This document shows, piece by piece, positions 27,677-36,050 of a stretch of 64,000 bases of DNA. The first letter of the stretch is position 1, and every line of letters starts with the position of its first letter. The notes under the pieces are model-generated. The model worked only from the letters and a program-made list of their open reading frames with translations. It had not been told where the DNA came from and did not search any database. The position numbers and the translations under genes are program-made. Where the stretch lies: the NCBI GenBank assembly GCA_019748395.1, contig JAIEPM010000047.1:15084-79083 (forward strand). The letters run 5' to 3'. The stretch is from Candidatus Obscuribacterales bacterium. GTDB lineage: Bacteria > Cyanobacteriota > Vampirovibrionia > Obscuribacterales > Obscuribacteraceae.

Positions 27677-28540
27677 TCAGTGAATTATGCCTGATGCGGC
27701 CAGTGCAATAATGCTTGCTCCGAATACAAGTCTGTAGATCACAAACACAAGCGTCGAGTGCTTGTTCAGGAACTTGAGCATCCACCAGATCGCTAAATAA
27801 CTGACGATAGTTGAAACTATTAAACCGACGATCAAGCTGCTCATCGCCGTGCCTTCCAGCCCGTGTTCGGTCATATGTTTTAATTCCATCAAACCGCTCA
27901 AAACAATAGCCGGTATGCCGAGCAAAAAGCTGAAGCGGGCAGCTTCGTCGCGCTTGAAACCAAGAAACAATGCGGCTGTCAGTGTGGAACCGCTGCGTGA
28001 GCAACCCGGAATTAGAGCCATTGCTTGACCAAGACCAACTATCAAGCCGTCTTTGCCTGCAACTTCATTTATGCCTTTTGCATGCTTGGCTATCTTTTCA
28101 GCCAGGAGCAAAAGCAAGCCCATAAAAATAGAAGCGCCACCGATTACATTCAGCGAGCGCAATGGGCTGTCGTCCGCTTCAAGAGTGGATTTTAGGAGCA
28201 GTCCCAGAACACAAATGGGAATTGTGCCGACAATAATTGAACCTAATAAACGAAGATCCTGACTTGAATAATCTTTGTTTTTGAGTGCGGCTAAGGAGCC
28301 TGTGGCGATTTGCAGCAGGTCTTTAAAGAAATAGCTGAGAACCGCAAGCACCGAACCAAGCTGAATAACTGCTGAATAAGCCACTCCCGGATCATTGAAA
28401 CTTGGATCTGCTAAATGCAAGATTGTCGGCACGACGCGCAAATGGGCCGAACTGCTAATCGGCAAGAACTCCGTTGCGCCTTGAACTATTCCCAGAATTA
28501 CAGCTTCTAATAAAGGTATGCCGGTGCTGCTTGTCATCAT
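27677..28540 (-). CDS. uppP: Undecaprenyl-diphosphate phosphatase
   Basis: Motifs EFLPISSSAHL and PGCSRSGSTLT, in a polytopic membrane protein. Its start overlaps the upstream PilZ gene stop by 4 nt (ATGA). Confidence 0.9.
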   Translation of the reverse strand: MMTSSTGIPLLEAVILGIVQGATEFLPISSSAHLRVVPTILHLADPSFNDPGVAYSAVIQLGSVLAVLSYFFKDLLQIATGSLAALKNKDYSSQDLRLLGSIIVGTIPICVLGLLLKSTLEADDSPLRSLNVIGGASIFMGLLLLLAEKIAKHAKGINEVAGKDGLIVGLGQAMALIPGCSRSGSTLTAALFLGFKRDEAARFSFLLGIPAIVLSGLMELKHMTEHGLEGTAMSSLIVGLIVSTIVSYLAIWWMLKFLNKHSTLVFVIYRLVFGASIIALAASGIIH

Positions 28541-29439
28541 TCTTCGCTCTCTTCGGTTTGTGTATTCAGTCCTGTTTCGCCCGTTTTTTCAATCGATGAG
28601 TCTTCGGGCTTTTGTTCAATGAGATCATCAATATTTACACTTATGTATTTAGCCTTTGATTCACTAGCTTGCTTTTCAGCTTGCTCAGCTGCCTTGCTGT
28701 CTGAGGCGCTCTCTTTTTGTTCTCCTTTTACAAAGCGAGTTTGATCTTTTCCGGCTTTTACCCAGCGAGCAAGCGAGCCTGAGTCTGTTAGTTCTGCTCT
28801 TGTTTCGGGAATGGCTTTATTGCCGAGCCAGGTCAAAATGCGTTCCAGATTTTTTGTTGATTCTAGATCCATATCAATGAATTCCGCGCCGACTTCGGTT
28901 CGATTCAAGAGCCAGTTGAAACGGCTGTTAACTACGCGGATTTTTGCATGCAGCGGAATGCTGCCGATGTAAATGGTCAGCATGATCTGACTATCTATGC
29001 TGAATTCTTGATGGCATTGGTTGGGAAGCGAGAAACCCAGACCCAATCTGGAAATATTGCGAGTCATGGCTTTCAGTCTGTAGTTTCGCCACTCATCCCC
29101 GAGAATTTCCATTGGAGCGCTTATTTCGGATCTTGCTTGTGAGCGTTTTTGCTGTGTTTGTTCAAACTTTGGTGTTCGGCATTCGAATACGTTGATGCCG
29201 TTTAGAATACGGTTGCCCTTTATTTCGGAAGTCCATAAGCCGTTAAATCTGTTTGCTGCAGTTCCTGTGACAAACCAGATTTTTGCGCCGACCGGCAGAT
29301 TCAGTTTGTTGCCTTTACTGCTGCGAAGCTGAACATATATACGATTGGGCTCTACAGCGACGACTGTAGCTCTTCCGAAACCAATCAAGTCCGGGGACAA
29401 CTCAAGCTTGACTTTGTAGACCTGTCCTTCTTTAAACAT
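28537..29439 (-). CDS. PilZ-domain protein (YcgR-like two-barrel layout) with acidic C-terminal tail
   Basis: c-di-GMP binding motifs are present: RxxxR (RSQAR) and (D/N)xSxxG (NISRLG). It lies between rsmI and uppP on the same strand. Confidence 0.7.
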   Translation of the reverse strand: MFKEGQVYKVKLELSPDLIGFGRATVVAVEPNRIYVQLRSSKGNKLNLPVGAKIWFVTGTAANRFNGLWTSEIKGNRILNGINVFECRTPKFEQTQQKRSQARSEISAPMEILGDEWRNYRLKAMTRNISRLGLGFSLPNQCHQEFSIDSQIMLTIYIGSIPLHAKIRVVNSRFNWLLNRTEVGAEFIDMDLESTKNLERILTWLGNKAIPETRAELTDSGSLARWVKAGKDQTRFVKGEQKESASDSKAAEQAEKQASESKAKYISVNIDDLIEQKPEDSSIEKTGETGLNTQTEESEE

Positions 29440-29485
29440 CTTCAGCGCAAAGAAACGGCAGCTCGATTATCGCATGACTGCGCCT

Positions 29486-30322
29486 CTAGACCGTGTTTTT
29501 TAGTTTCAATCCAAGTTTATATACATCGGATGCATTCCAGCCCGATTCTTTTGCAAGTACTGCGGAAGCATCTTTCAGTCTAGCGCCTGAAGCAAGCAGC
29601 TCTGAGAGTCGTTTGCTCAGTTCTGCTTCGCTCATCAATTCACTTGCCTGCCTTGCACCTTCAATTACGAGGACGCACTCACCCTTTAACTGCCGCTCTT
29701 TCAGGATTTCAAGCAAGTCCAGGACGGGTTTGCGTATATATTCTTCGTGCAATTTAGTCAGCTCCCGGCAAATGCAGGCTGCTCGATTGCCCATGATTTC
29801 GTTAATGTCCTTGAGAGTTTTCTCTAAGTCGTGAATTGATACAAAAAAGATTAGTGTACGGTCGTCGTCTTTTAGCTTCTGCAATCTCTCTTTTCGCTCG
29901 CCTGCTTTGTCCGCTAAAAAGCCTTCAAATGCAAAGCGCTCGCAAGGCAAGCCGCTGCCTACCAGAGCTAAAAGGACTGAACTTGGTCCTGGGATGCCGA
30001 TAACTTCCATCTCGAGTCTAAGAGCTTCTTGCACAAACTTGTAGCCCGGGTCTGAGACCAGAGGCATGCCCGCGTCTGAAATGAGTGCAACCGAGCGACC
30101 GCTTTCGGCATACCGTTTCAGCTCGTTGCTGCGTGCTGCTTCGTTGTAATCATGACAGCTGATCAGCGTTTTGCTCACGCCTATATGACTGAGGAGTTTA
30201 ATTGAAACGCGAGTGTCTTCTGCAAAAACCACATCAACTTCGTTGAGTATGTTTTTCATGCGCTGAGATATGTCTTCGAGATTACCTATTGGTGTTCCAA
30301 CTATATACAACTTGCCAGCCAT
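29486..30322 (-). CDS. rsmI: 16S rRNA (cytidine1402-2'-O)-methyltransferase
   Basis: MAGKLYIVGTPIGNLEDIS...VFAEDTR...SDAGMPLVSDPG is the tetrapyrrole-methylase-fold RsmI signature. I prefer the ATG at 30322; the track ORF extends to 30424. Confidence 0.9.
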   Translation of the reverse strand: MAGKLYIVGTPIGNLEDISQRMKNILNEVDVVFAEDTRVSIKLLSHIGVSKTLISCHDYNEAARSNELKRYAESGRSVALISDAGMPLVSDPGYKFVQEALRLEMEVIGIPGPSSVLLALVGSGLPCERFAFEGFLADKAGERKERLQKLKDDDRTLIFFVSIHDLEKTLKDINEIMGNRAACICRELTKLHEEYIRKPVLDLLEILKERQLKGECVLVIEGARQASELMSEAELSKRLSELLASGARLKDASAVLAKESGWNASDVYKLGLKLKNTV

Positions 30323-30431
30323 GGCTATACCCCATATTAACTCGGGTTGGAGGCTTGAAACGCTTGCTGTGGTGCCTTCGGGGAGCTTAGCACAAACAAG
30401 ATTAATCCAGGGTCCTACTGACAAGCCCGAG

Positions 30432-30463
30432 TTATCTACAGGCTTATCTACAGCTGTAGATAA
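30432..30463. promoter_or_regulatory. Operator-like element: TTATCTACAG half-site three times (two direct copies, the second forming a 20-bp perfect palindrome)
   Basis: TTATCTACAG occurs at 30432-30441 and again at 30444-30453. 30444-30463 reads TTATCTACAGCTGTAGATAA, its own reverse complement. The element lies in the divergent spacer between rsmI and the methyltransferase gene. Confidence 0.4.
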
Positions 30464-30606
30464 TTTAATAGGGCAACTGAGTGCGATCTACTTGCGCTGA
30501 AATCGATCTATCTGTAACTGCTGCCTGCAAATGAATAGTGGTTCTCGTTTTTGTTTGATTGCTGTAAGATGGGCTGATTAAGCCAAACTTGAGTCAGCGA
30601 AACCCC

Positions 30607-32766
30607 ATGCGCAAGTCGGACAAAGCTAAATCGCTCAAAAGAAGAATTGCCGATTTTCGCTTGACTGCGGCTTCCGTAATACTCGGTAACCTGCCTCATA
30701 TCTCCCACGGCACAAGGGATATGCGTCATATTAGCCATATGGCAGAACTATGCGAGCAATATAGCTTGCTTATAGTTTTAAATTGGATAGCCACCAAATA
30801 TGGTTTTCCTGTATGTGCCGAGTCTATATCGTCGGCCTCGACGCAAAATGCTTTGCCTTTGCTTAGTTGGCCTTCACTAGCCGATCGATATCCTCTGCAA
30901 GTCTACGGAGATCCTCGTGAGCTTGTCCGTACATTTGAAGAGCTCAAAACTCTTCTTGAGCAGTTGTTTGAAGCGAATTTCGAGCTTGTGGGCAGTATTT
31001 ATCAGCAGATGCTTTCTGCTCCTCTTGCCATCAAAAATGATGCCATTCCCTATATCGATCTCAAATCCGATCAGCGACTAAGTGGTGAGTTTTATACACC
31101 GGATTGGGTCGCTGATTATGCATTCGAGCAGTGGCTTAACGCTGATTCAGCTGCTTTATTGTCGCGCTTTAAGGAGCAAGATCCATCTCTATATCCGAAG
31201 ATTATCGACCCGTCCTGCGGCAGCGGTAACTTTTTGCATGCAGCATTGAGGCTCAGTTCTCGCCTGGAAATCTCTGCTCAGTCAAGAATTGAATTTCTGG
31301 CTAACGCTCTATATGGACGGGATATAGATGGAAGAGCCGTTCAACTGACGAAGCTTTGCTTATTGATCGCCGTTGGCGGAGAGCTTAACCGGTCGGCCGA
31401 AAAAGAAATCGAGACTTCGATAAACAGGCTCATCAAAACTCTCGATCGCAATATTCTTGTTGATGACAGTCTGCTTGCTGCAATTTCAGAAGGCGAGCAA
31501 GAAAAGTTCGATCTGGTAATTACAAACCCTCCATATATAAGTTTTGGTTCCAGAGATCAGCAAAATATCGGGGCTGTCTGGCAAAAGCTGTTGAAAAGGC
31601 GATTTCCTGCCTCAAGCGAATACAAAATCAGGTTTACATCGATTTTTCAGGAAATCGCCATAGACTGGAGCCGCCTTTCGGGGCGGTTTAGATCAGAGAG
31701 GCGCGGACAGGCAATTTTGCTTGTGCCCGATGCTTTCTTGAGCGGTCGCTACTACGAAAAACTGCGAAATTTGCTGCTTGAGAAAGTAAATTTGGAAGCT
31801 TTCACTGAACTGCCGGAAAGCACCATATCTGATGCCACTGTCGGTCGCTGGTGTCTGGCTCATTACAGTGAAAAGCCTGTCGACGATTCTGTTGACGAAA
31901 AACTGAAGCAGGTGAAGCTCTCTTCCATAGCCAGTCAGGAAGAGCTGAATAGCAGGCTGACATTTACATTGCCGAAAGTTTCTCTGGTCAGCACAGATCG
32001 GCAGCGCTTTCAATTGCTTTTTTCCGAAGCAGATCTTGAAATTTTTGAGTATTGCCGAAAGCTGCCCTGGCTGAAGTCGAAGCTGCAAGGTCATACAGGA
32101 ATTCGGGCCCGGCGCGGGCAGTCCTCTATAATTGCCGAGCATAAAAAAAATGAGCAGTGCTTTGCCGGTATCATATCCGGTGCCGAGCTTGCGCCTTACA
32201 GAATTGATTGGCAGGGAAAATGGCTTGAGATAGTTCCGGAGAATCTTTATGCCGGTGGATTTGCGGCAGAGACAATTAATGGTCCGAAAATTCTGCTCAG
32301 GCAAACCGCTGATTCTTTAATTGCGGCAGTAGATCAGTCCGGGCTCTATCATTTGAATAATGTTCATAGCTTCGTGCCGCTTTCCGGAAAGCTCAGAGAA
32401 TCTCGAACTTATTTTTTCTGTGCTCTTTTGAACTCGGCTTTCTATAGATACTTTTACCGGTTGAAAACAAGAGAGTACAAACGAGCTCTTGCTCAGGTCG
32501 ATATTGAAACTGTTGAGCACATGCCGCTGGCGCCTGAGAATGCTGCGCTTGAAGGCGAGCTTGAAGAGCTGGGCAGGAAGTTGCACTTGTTTCCCAGGAA
32601 GCATGATTTGTTTGAACAAATTGAAAGACTGGTTTTTGAACTTTTCGGATTTTCCGAGTCGATGCGCCTGCATATCATGAAGGACAGTCACACGGCAGCA
32701 TCAGGCCGGCGCCCGGCAGCCGGATGCTTCAGCCAAGTTCAGGAAATCGGCGGGCAATGGCGTTAA
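30607..32766 (+). CDS. N6-adenine DNA methyltransferase, gamma-class (Eco57I/TaqI-like) with TaqI-C-like target-recognition region; no nuclease recognised
   Basis: Motifs GEFYTPDWVADY, DPSCGSGNFL (motif I) and DLVITNPPYISFG (motif IV, NPPY). The C-terminal part includes LYHLNNVHSFVP...ALLNSAFYRYFYRLK. The start is uncertain: TTG at 30589, first ATG at 30607, further ATGs downstream. Confidence 0.85.
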   Translation: MRKSDKAKSLKRRIADFRLTAASVILGNLPHISHGTRDMRHISHMAELCEQYSLLIVLNWIATKYGFPVCAESISSASTQNALPLLSWPSLADRYPLQVYGDPRELVRTFEELKTLLEQLFEANFELVGSIYQQMLSAPLAIKNDAIPYIDLKSDQRLSGEFYTPDWVADYAFEQWLNADSAALLSRFKEQDPSLYPKIIDPSCGSGNFLHAALRLSSRLEISAQSRIEFLANALYGRDIDGRAVQLTKLCLLIAVGGELNRSAEKEIETSINRLIKTLDRNILVDDSLLAAISEGEQEKFDLVITNPPYISFGSRDQQNIGAVWQKLLKRRFPASSEYKIRFTSIFQEIAIDWSRLSGRFRSERRGQAILLVPDAFLSGRYYEKLRNLLLEKVNLEAFTELPESTISDATVGRWCLAHYSEKPVDDSVDEKLKQVKLSSIASQEELNSRLTFTLPKVSLVSTDRQRFQLLFSEADLEIFEYCRKLPWLKSKLQGHTGIRARRGQSSIIAEHKKNEQCFAGIISGAELAPYRIDWQGKWLEIVPENLYAGGFAAETINGPKILLRQTADSLIAAVDQSGLYHLNNVHSFVPLSGKLRESRTYFFCALLNSAFYRYFYRLKTREYKRALAQVDIETVEHMPLAPENAALEGELEELGRKLHLFPRKHDLFEQIERLVFELFGFSESMRLHIMKDSHTAASGRRPAAGCFSQVQEIGGQWR

Positions 32767-32782
32767 ACTATGCTTACTCCTG

Positions 32783-32810
32783 GCGATTGAGCCGTCTCAA
32801 TTGCTTTTGA
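32783..32810 (+). terminator. Weak hairpin / possible attenuator between methyltransferase and caspase-like genes
   Basis: GCGATTGAG (32783-32791) pairs with CTCAATTGC (32796-32804) with one mismatch and a 4-nt loop, followed by TTTTGA. The stem is AT-rich. Confidence 0.3.
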
Positions 32811-32832
32811 GCAAGATAGAGGTCCTTTTCTG

Positions 32833-34230
32833 ATGACAATTAAGCTTCCACGCCTGATCAAAATTGCCTGTTTGACTTTCGCATTGAGTCTTTCGGCTCT
32901 GCCTGGCTTGCCTGCTCAGGCGCTTGGAGCTAAGAAAGCTGCAGCTGCTCCCGGCGAAGATATGGAAATCCGTGATAAATGGGCAATTGTGGTTGGTGTA
33001 AATAGATTCAATGATGCTGAAATACCGGCTCAGAAATTCGCTCAGAAAAGTTCGGCAGACCTGGCCAGGGCTTTGAAAGATCCTGATTCCGGACACTTCG
33101 GGCTGGATCATGTTCTGCTTGTAAACGGTAAAGATGCCACTAAAGCCGGTATAGAAAAGGCTTTTGAGCAGTGGCTCTATAAAAAAGCTTTGCCCGGCGA
33201 TCTGGTAATTATTTACTTTAATTCGCGTTTGCTGAAAAATTCAGCCGGAGATCCGGTTATCTGCGCTGTGGACTCGGTGATAACCGACCCCGATAAAACC
33301 GGTATCAATGTTCAAGAACTTCTGAAAACAGCAAAACAGCGCATCGGCTCCCCTCACATTTTGTGCATGATGGATTGCAGCCCGATGGGCAACAGTGCCG
33401 AGAAAGCTCCCCATGACTTGAAATGGCTGGCTAACAGCAGTGGCGTATCTGTATTTGCGGCTTCCGAGTTCAATAAAGTATCTCAGGATGACCCGCTCAA
33501 CATGCAGTCGATGTTCTTGCATTATTTTGTCGAGGCGCTTAAAACCGGTGCCGGCAATTATCCTCTGGCTATGACTGCCGAGTATGTCTGGCAGAAGGTT
33601 CAGGAAGCAAGTAAGGTTTCGGGTAATCCTCAAACACCGATTCTTTCCCTGGCAAGCGAAGACTCTCAGATTGTCGCTATCCCTGTGGGCATAATGGTTC
33701 GCAGCTCATTGCCCGACAAAGGCATCGCGATCGGACACCCGATCGAAAACCTGGGCATGGAGCGCCCGGACATTGTCGCGCCGACGCTCAACGCCACAAA
33801 GCCTGCCATAAAGATTCAATCGCGAGCTCCTGTCAATAGCAAAACTGTCGCAACAGCCAAGGCTCCCAGTCAGATCGCGCCGCCCACTAAAACGAAAGCT
33901 GTGGCGGCAGATGACGATGAGGAAGATGATTTTGACCCGAATTTGGACTTGCGCCCTTATGTAGCTAAAATAAAACAAGATATACAGAAAAAATGGCAGG
34001 CACCAAAAGGTTTTGAAAGTCGTCGGGTTACAACCATGTTCAGCATTATGAGAGACGGTAAAATCGAGAATGCCTCCGTAGTTGAGAGCTCCGGAAATGA
34101 AGATGTCGATAAGTCGGCTCTGGCTGCCCTACAAGCTGCTTCACCTCTAGATCCTCTTCCTAAAGGTTCGCCGCGCTCAGTAGATCTAAAATATGTGTTT
34201 GACTGGAAAACGAAAGTCACAACACCCTGA
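32833..34230 (+). CDS. Secreted caspase-like (peptidase C14/orthocaspase-like) domain fused to TolA/TonB_2-like C-terminal domain; catalytic His apparently missing
   Basis: Signal peptide (IACLTFALSLSALPGLPAQA). The p20-like region is KWAIVVGVNRFND...DLVIIYFNSRLL...HILCMMDCSPMGN. The Cys position is kept (DCS), but the expected SGHG reads NSRL. After an Ala/Pro/Lys linker, the C-terminus is LRPYVAKIKQDIQKKWQAP...IMRDGKIENASVVESSGNEDVDKSALAALQAASPLDPLP. Confidence 0.75.
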   Translation: MTIKLPRLIKIACLTFALSLSALPGLPAQALGAKKAAAAPGEDMEIRDKWAIVVGVNRFNDAEIPAQKFAQKSSADLARALKDPDSGHFGLDHVLLVNGKDATKAGIEKAFEQWLYKKALPGDLVIIYFNSRLLKNSAGDPVICAVDSVITDPDKTGINVQELLKTAKQRIGSPHILCMMDCSPMGNSAEKAPHDLKWLANSSGVSVFAASEFNKVSQDDPLNMQSMFLHYFVEALKTGAGNYPLAMTAEYVWQKVQEASKVSGNPQTPILSLASEDSQIVAIPVGIMVRSSLPDKGIAIGHPIENLGMERPDIVAPTLNATKPAIKIQSRAPVNSKTVATAKAPSQIAPPTKTKAVAADDDEEDDFDPNLDLRPYVAKIKQDIQKKWQAPKGFESRRVTTMFSIMRDGKIENASVVESSGNEDVDKSALAALQAASPLDPLPKGSPRSVDLKYVFDWKTKVTTP

Positions 34231-34256
34231 CGGTTCAGAAAGGCTCAGCTTTAATC

Positions 34257-34844
34257 ATGGACGAAGTAAATCCCTCCGAGCAGATTCAATCAGAAGATAT
34301 GAGCGAAAAGCGCTCGCCGCACCGCTCAGCTTCGATGCCTGCTTCATCGGCTATGCCCGAGTTCTTAAGCCAATATATCGAAGTCTCTAAGCGGGTTTTG
34401 CTGAGCCCGAATCTGTTTTTTAGCGAAATGAAGCTTGAAGGAGGGCTGAAAGAACCAGCCGTCTATCTGGCTATCAGCGCGGCGGGTCATGCTCTGCTTT
34501 CTGCCGTTATGAAGTTCAAGCCTCTGTCCATTCCTTCCGATTTTACTTTTGAGCTTGTGGCCGGTTTCTTAATTGCCGGTGTGGCTTATTTTCTGGGCAC
34601 GGCAATGGGCGCTAAATCTTCTTACGAGGCTACTTTTAAGGTGATTGCCTACACAAGTTGTGTGCGCATTCTGGCTGCGCTGCCCGGCATCGGCGCGCTT
34701 GTCCCGCTCTGGTCTCTGGTGCTGCATTTTCTGGGTCTGCGGAAGGTTCTGGGGCTCAACCCGGTGCAAATAGTCAGTATTATGGTGATGAGCAGTTTGC
34801 TCATGGCTGTTCTACAATTAGCCAAGTTTTTCCATCTCTTTTAA
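34257..34844 (+). CDS. Yip1-like polytopic membrane protein
   Basis: 195 aa. The hydrophilic N-terminus leads into LLSPNLFFSEM, followed by about five hydrophobic helices, which is the Yip1-domain layout. It starts 26 nt after the caspase-like gene. Confidence 0.6.
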   Translation: MDEVNPSEQIQSEDMSEKRSPHRSASMPASSAMPEFLSQYIEVSKRVLLSPNLFFSEMKLEGGLKEPAVYLAISAAGHALLSAVMKFKPLSIPSDFTFELVAGFLIAGVAYFLGTAMGAKSSYEATFKVIAYTSCVRILAALPGIGALVPLWSLVLHFLGLRKVLGLNPVQIVSIMVMSSLLMAVLQLAKFFHLF

Positions 34845-35003
34845 GCTTCCAAGTAGAAACTTTGCTCATTTAAGCAATCCACTACGTATTCTCCGCATTG
34901 ACGATCTCGCCCCCTGAAGATAAGTTAGAGAGTGGTGAGTATCTTTTAAGCACCAGGCAAACTTAGTAAAAGGGTCAGGCGTCAGGGAGTAACCAGGGAA
35001 ATT

Positions 35004-35423
35004 ATGAGCGCGGAATTCGAAGACTTTAAGCCGGCAACCAAGGGTGTTGAAAACAACGCCAAAGAGGATGCTGCTGAAACCCACGATCCTTTCGTCAATG
35101 ACAGGCTCTCTAAGCCGGAGACCCCTAAGCTTGCCGAGAGTAAATCCAGCGAAGCTGATAACAAGATTGGCGACAAAACTGTTGCCGACCTGAGAAAGGC
35201 GATTTCAGGATTTGATGAAGCCAAGCACGGCTCAGACTATGGTAAGTATTGTCTTGAGAACTGCACGCCGGAGCAGAATCAGAAAATCGTTTCGGACTTG
35301 ATCAAGTCTATGCAGGACAAAATGGCTAAGTTGAGTGGTCCTCACTCTGATGCGACGATCACCAATGAAACCAAGCAAGGCATTGAGAATCTGATGGCAG
35401 CTTTCAAAAAGGCTTCCAACTAA
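35004..35423 (+). CDS. Small acidic hypothetical protein
   Basis: 139-aa ORF with AGGGA upstream of the ATG. No signal peptide and no recognised family. A strong terminator follows it. Confidence 0.55.
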   Translation: MSAEFEDFKPATKGVENNAKEDAAETHDPFVNDRLSKPETPKLAESKSSEADNKIGDKTVADLRKAISGFDEAKHGSDYGKYCLENCTPEQNQKIVSDLIKSMQDKMAKLSGPHSDATITNETKQGIENLMAAFKKASN

Positions 35424-35445
35424 ATTCTGAATCAAAAGCATTTTG

Positions 35446-35480
35446 AAGTCCCGTCTGAAAAGGCGGGACTTTAGTTTTGT
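35446..35480 (+). terminator. Rho-independent terminator
   Basis: AAGTCCCG(T)C (35446-35455) pairs with GGCGGGACTT (35462-35471) around a GAAAA loop, followed by TAGTTTTGTG. Confidence 0.65.
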
Positions 35481-35657
35481 GTTATCTAGCTGCTTCGGGT
35501 TGCTCTTGATAGCCGCTAAGCCCGGCTGCAAGCGAGAATTGCTGCTGCTGCCTTCTCTAGTTTACAAAAGAGCCCGCTGGAAAAGCGGCTCCCCGTCGCT
35601 GTGCTATCATTATCATTCGTTATTTTCATATTCATAAATCGATGGGAATTCCTAGCC

Positions 35658-35927
35658 GTGCCTAGAATCAAATCCGCTATTAAAAGAGTCGATGTCGCAG
35701 AACGCAACCGTGAACGCAATCGCTCCTGGAAATCAAGTATCCGTACAGTCCGCAACAACGTCGAAGACGCTGCTGAAGGACCGGACGCCGCCGCCTCCGC
35801 TGAAGCGCTGAAAGAAGCTTATTCAGTGATTGATCGCGCTGTTTCCAAGGGTGTTCTGCACAAAAACACGGCTGCTCGCCGCAAAGCCAGGCTCGTTAAG
35901 TTCGTTCGCAAAGCTAAAGGTTCCTAG
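35658..35927 (+). CDS. rpsT: 30S ribosomal protein S20
   Basis: (V->M)PRIKSAIKRVDVAERNRERNRSWKSSIRT...GVLHKNTAARRKARL is the S20 signature. I place the start at the GTG at 35658, which is in frame with the longer track ORF (35601). Confidence 0.9.
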   Translation: MPRIKSAIKRVDVAERNRERNRSWKSSIRTVRNNVEDAAEGPDAAASAEALKEAYSVIDRAVSKGVLHKNTAARRKARLVKFVRKAKGS

Positions 35928-36050
35928 TTCAGGAAATTTGGCCTGCATTTAACGGCTCTTTTGCAATAAAAAACTCTGCCCGGGTTATGCTGTCGGCAGG
36001 GTCAGATTCTGGCGAGGAAACGAAATTTGGAACTCAACACTTCCCGGACC

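Noticed and set aside
31693-32304. 203-aa minus-strand ORF inside the methyltransferase gene.
   Set aside because: It is a shadow ORF opposite a gene with intact MTase motifs, and it has no motif of its own.
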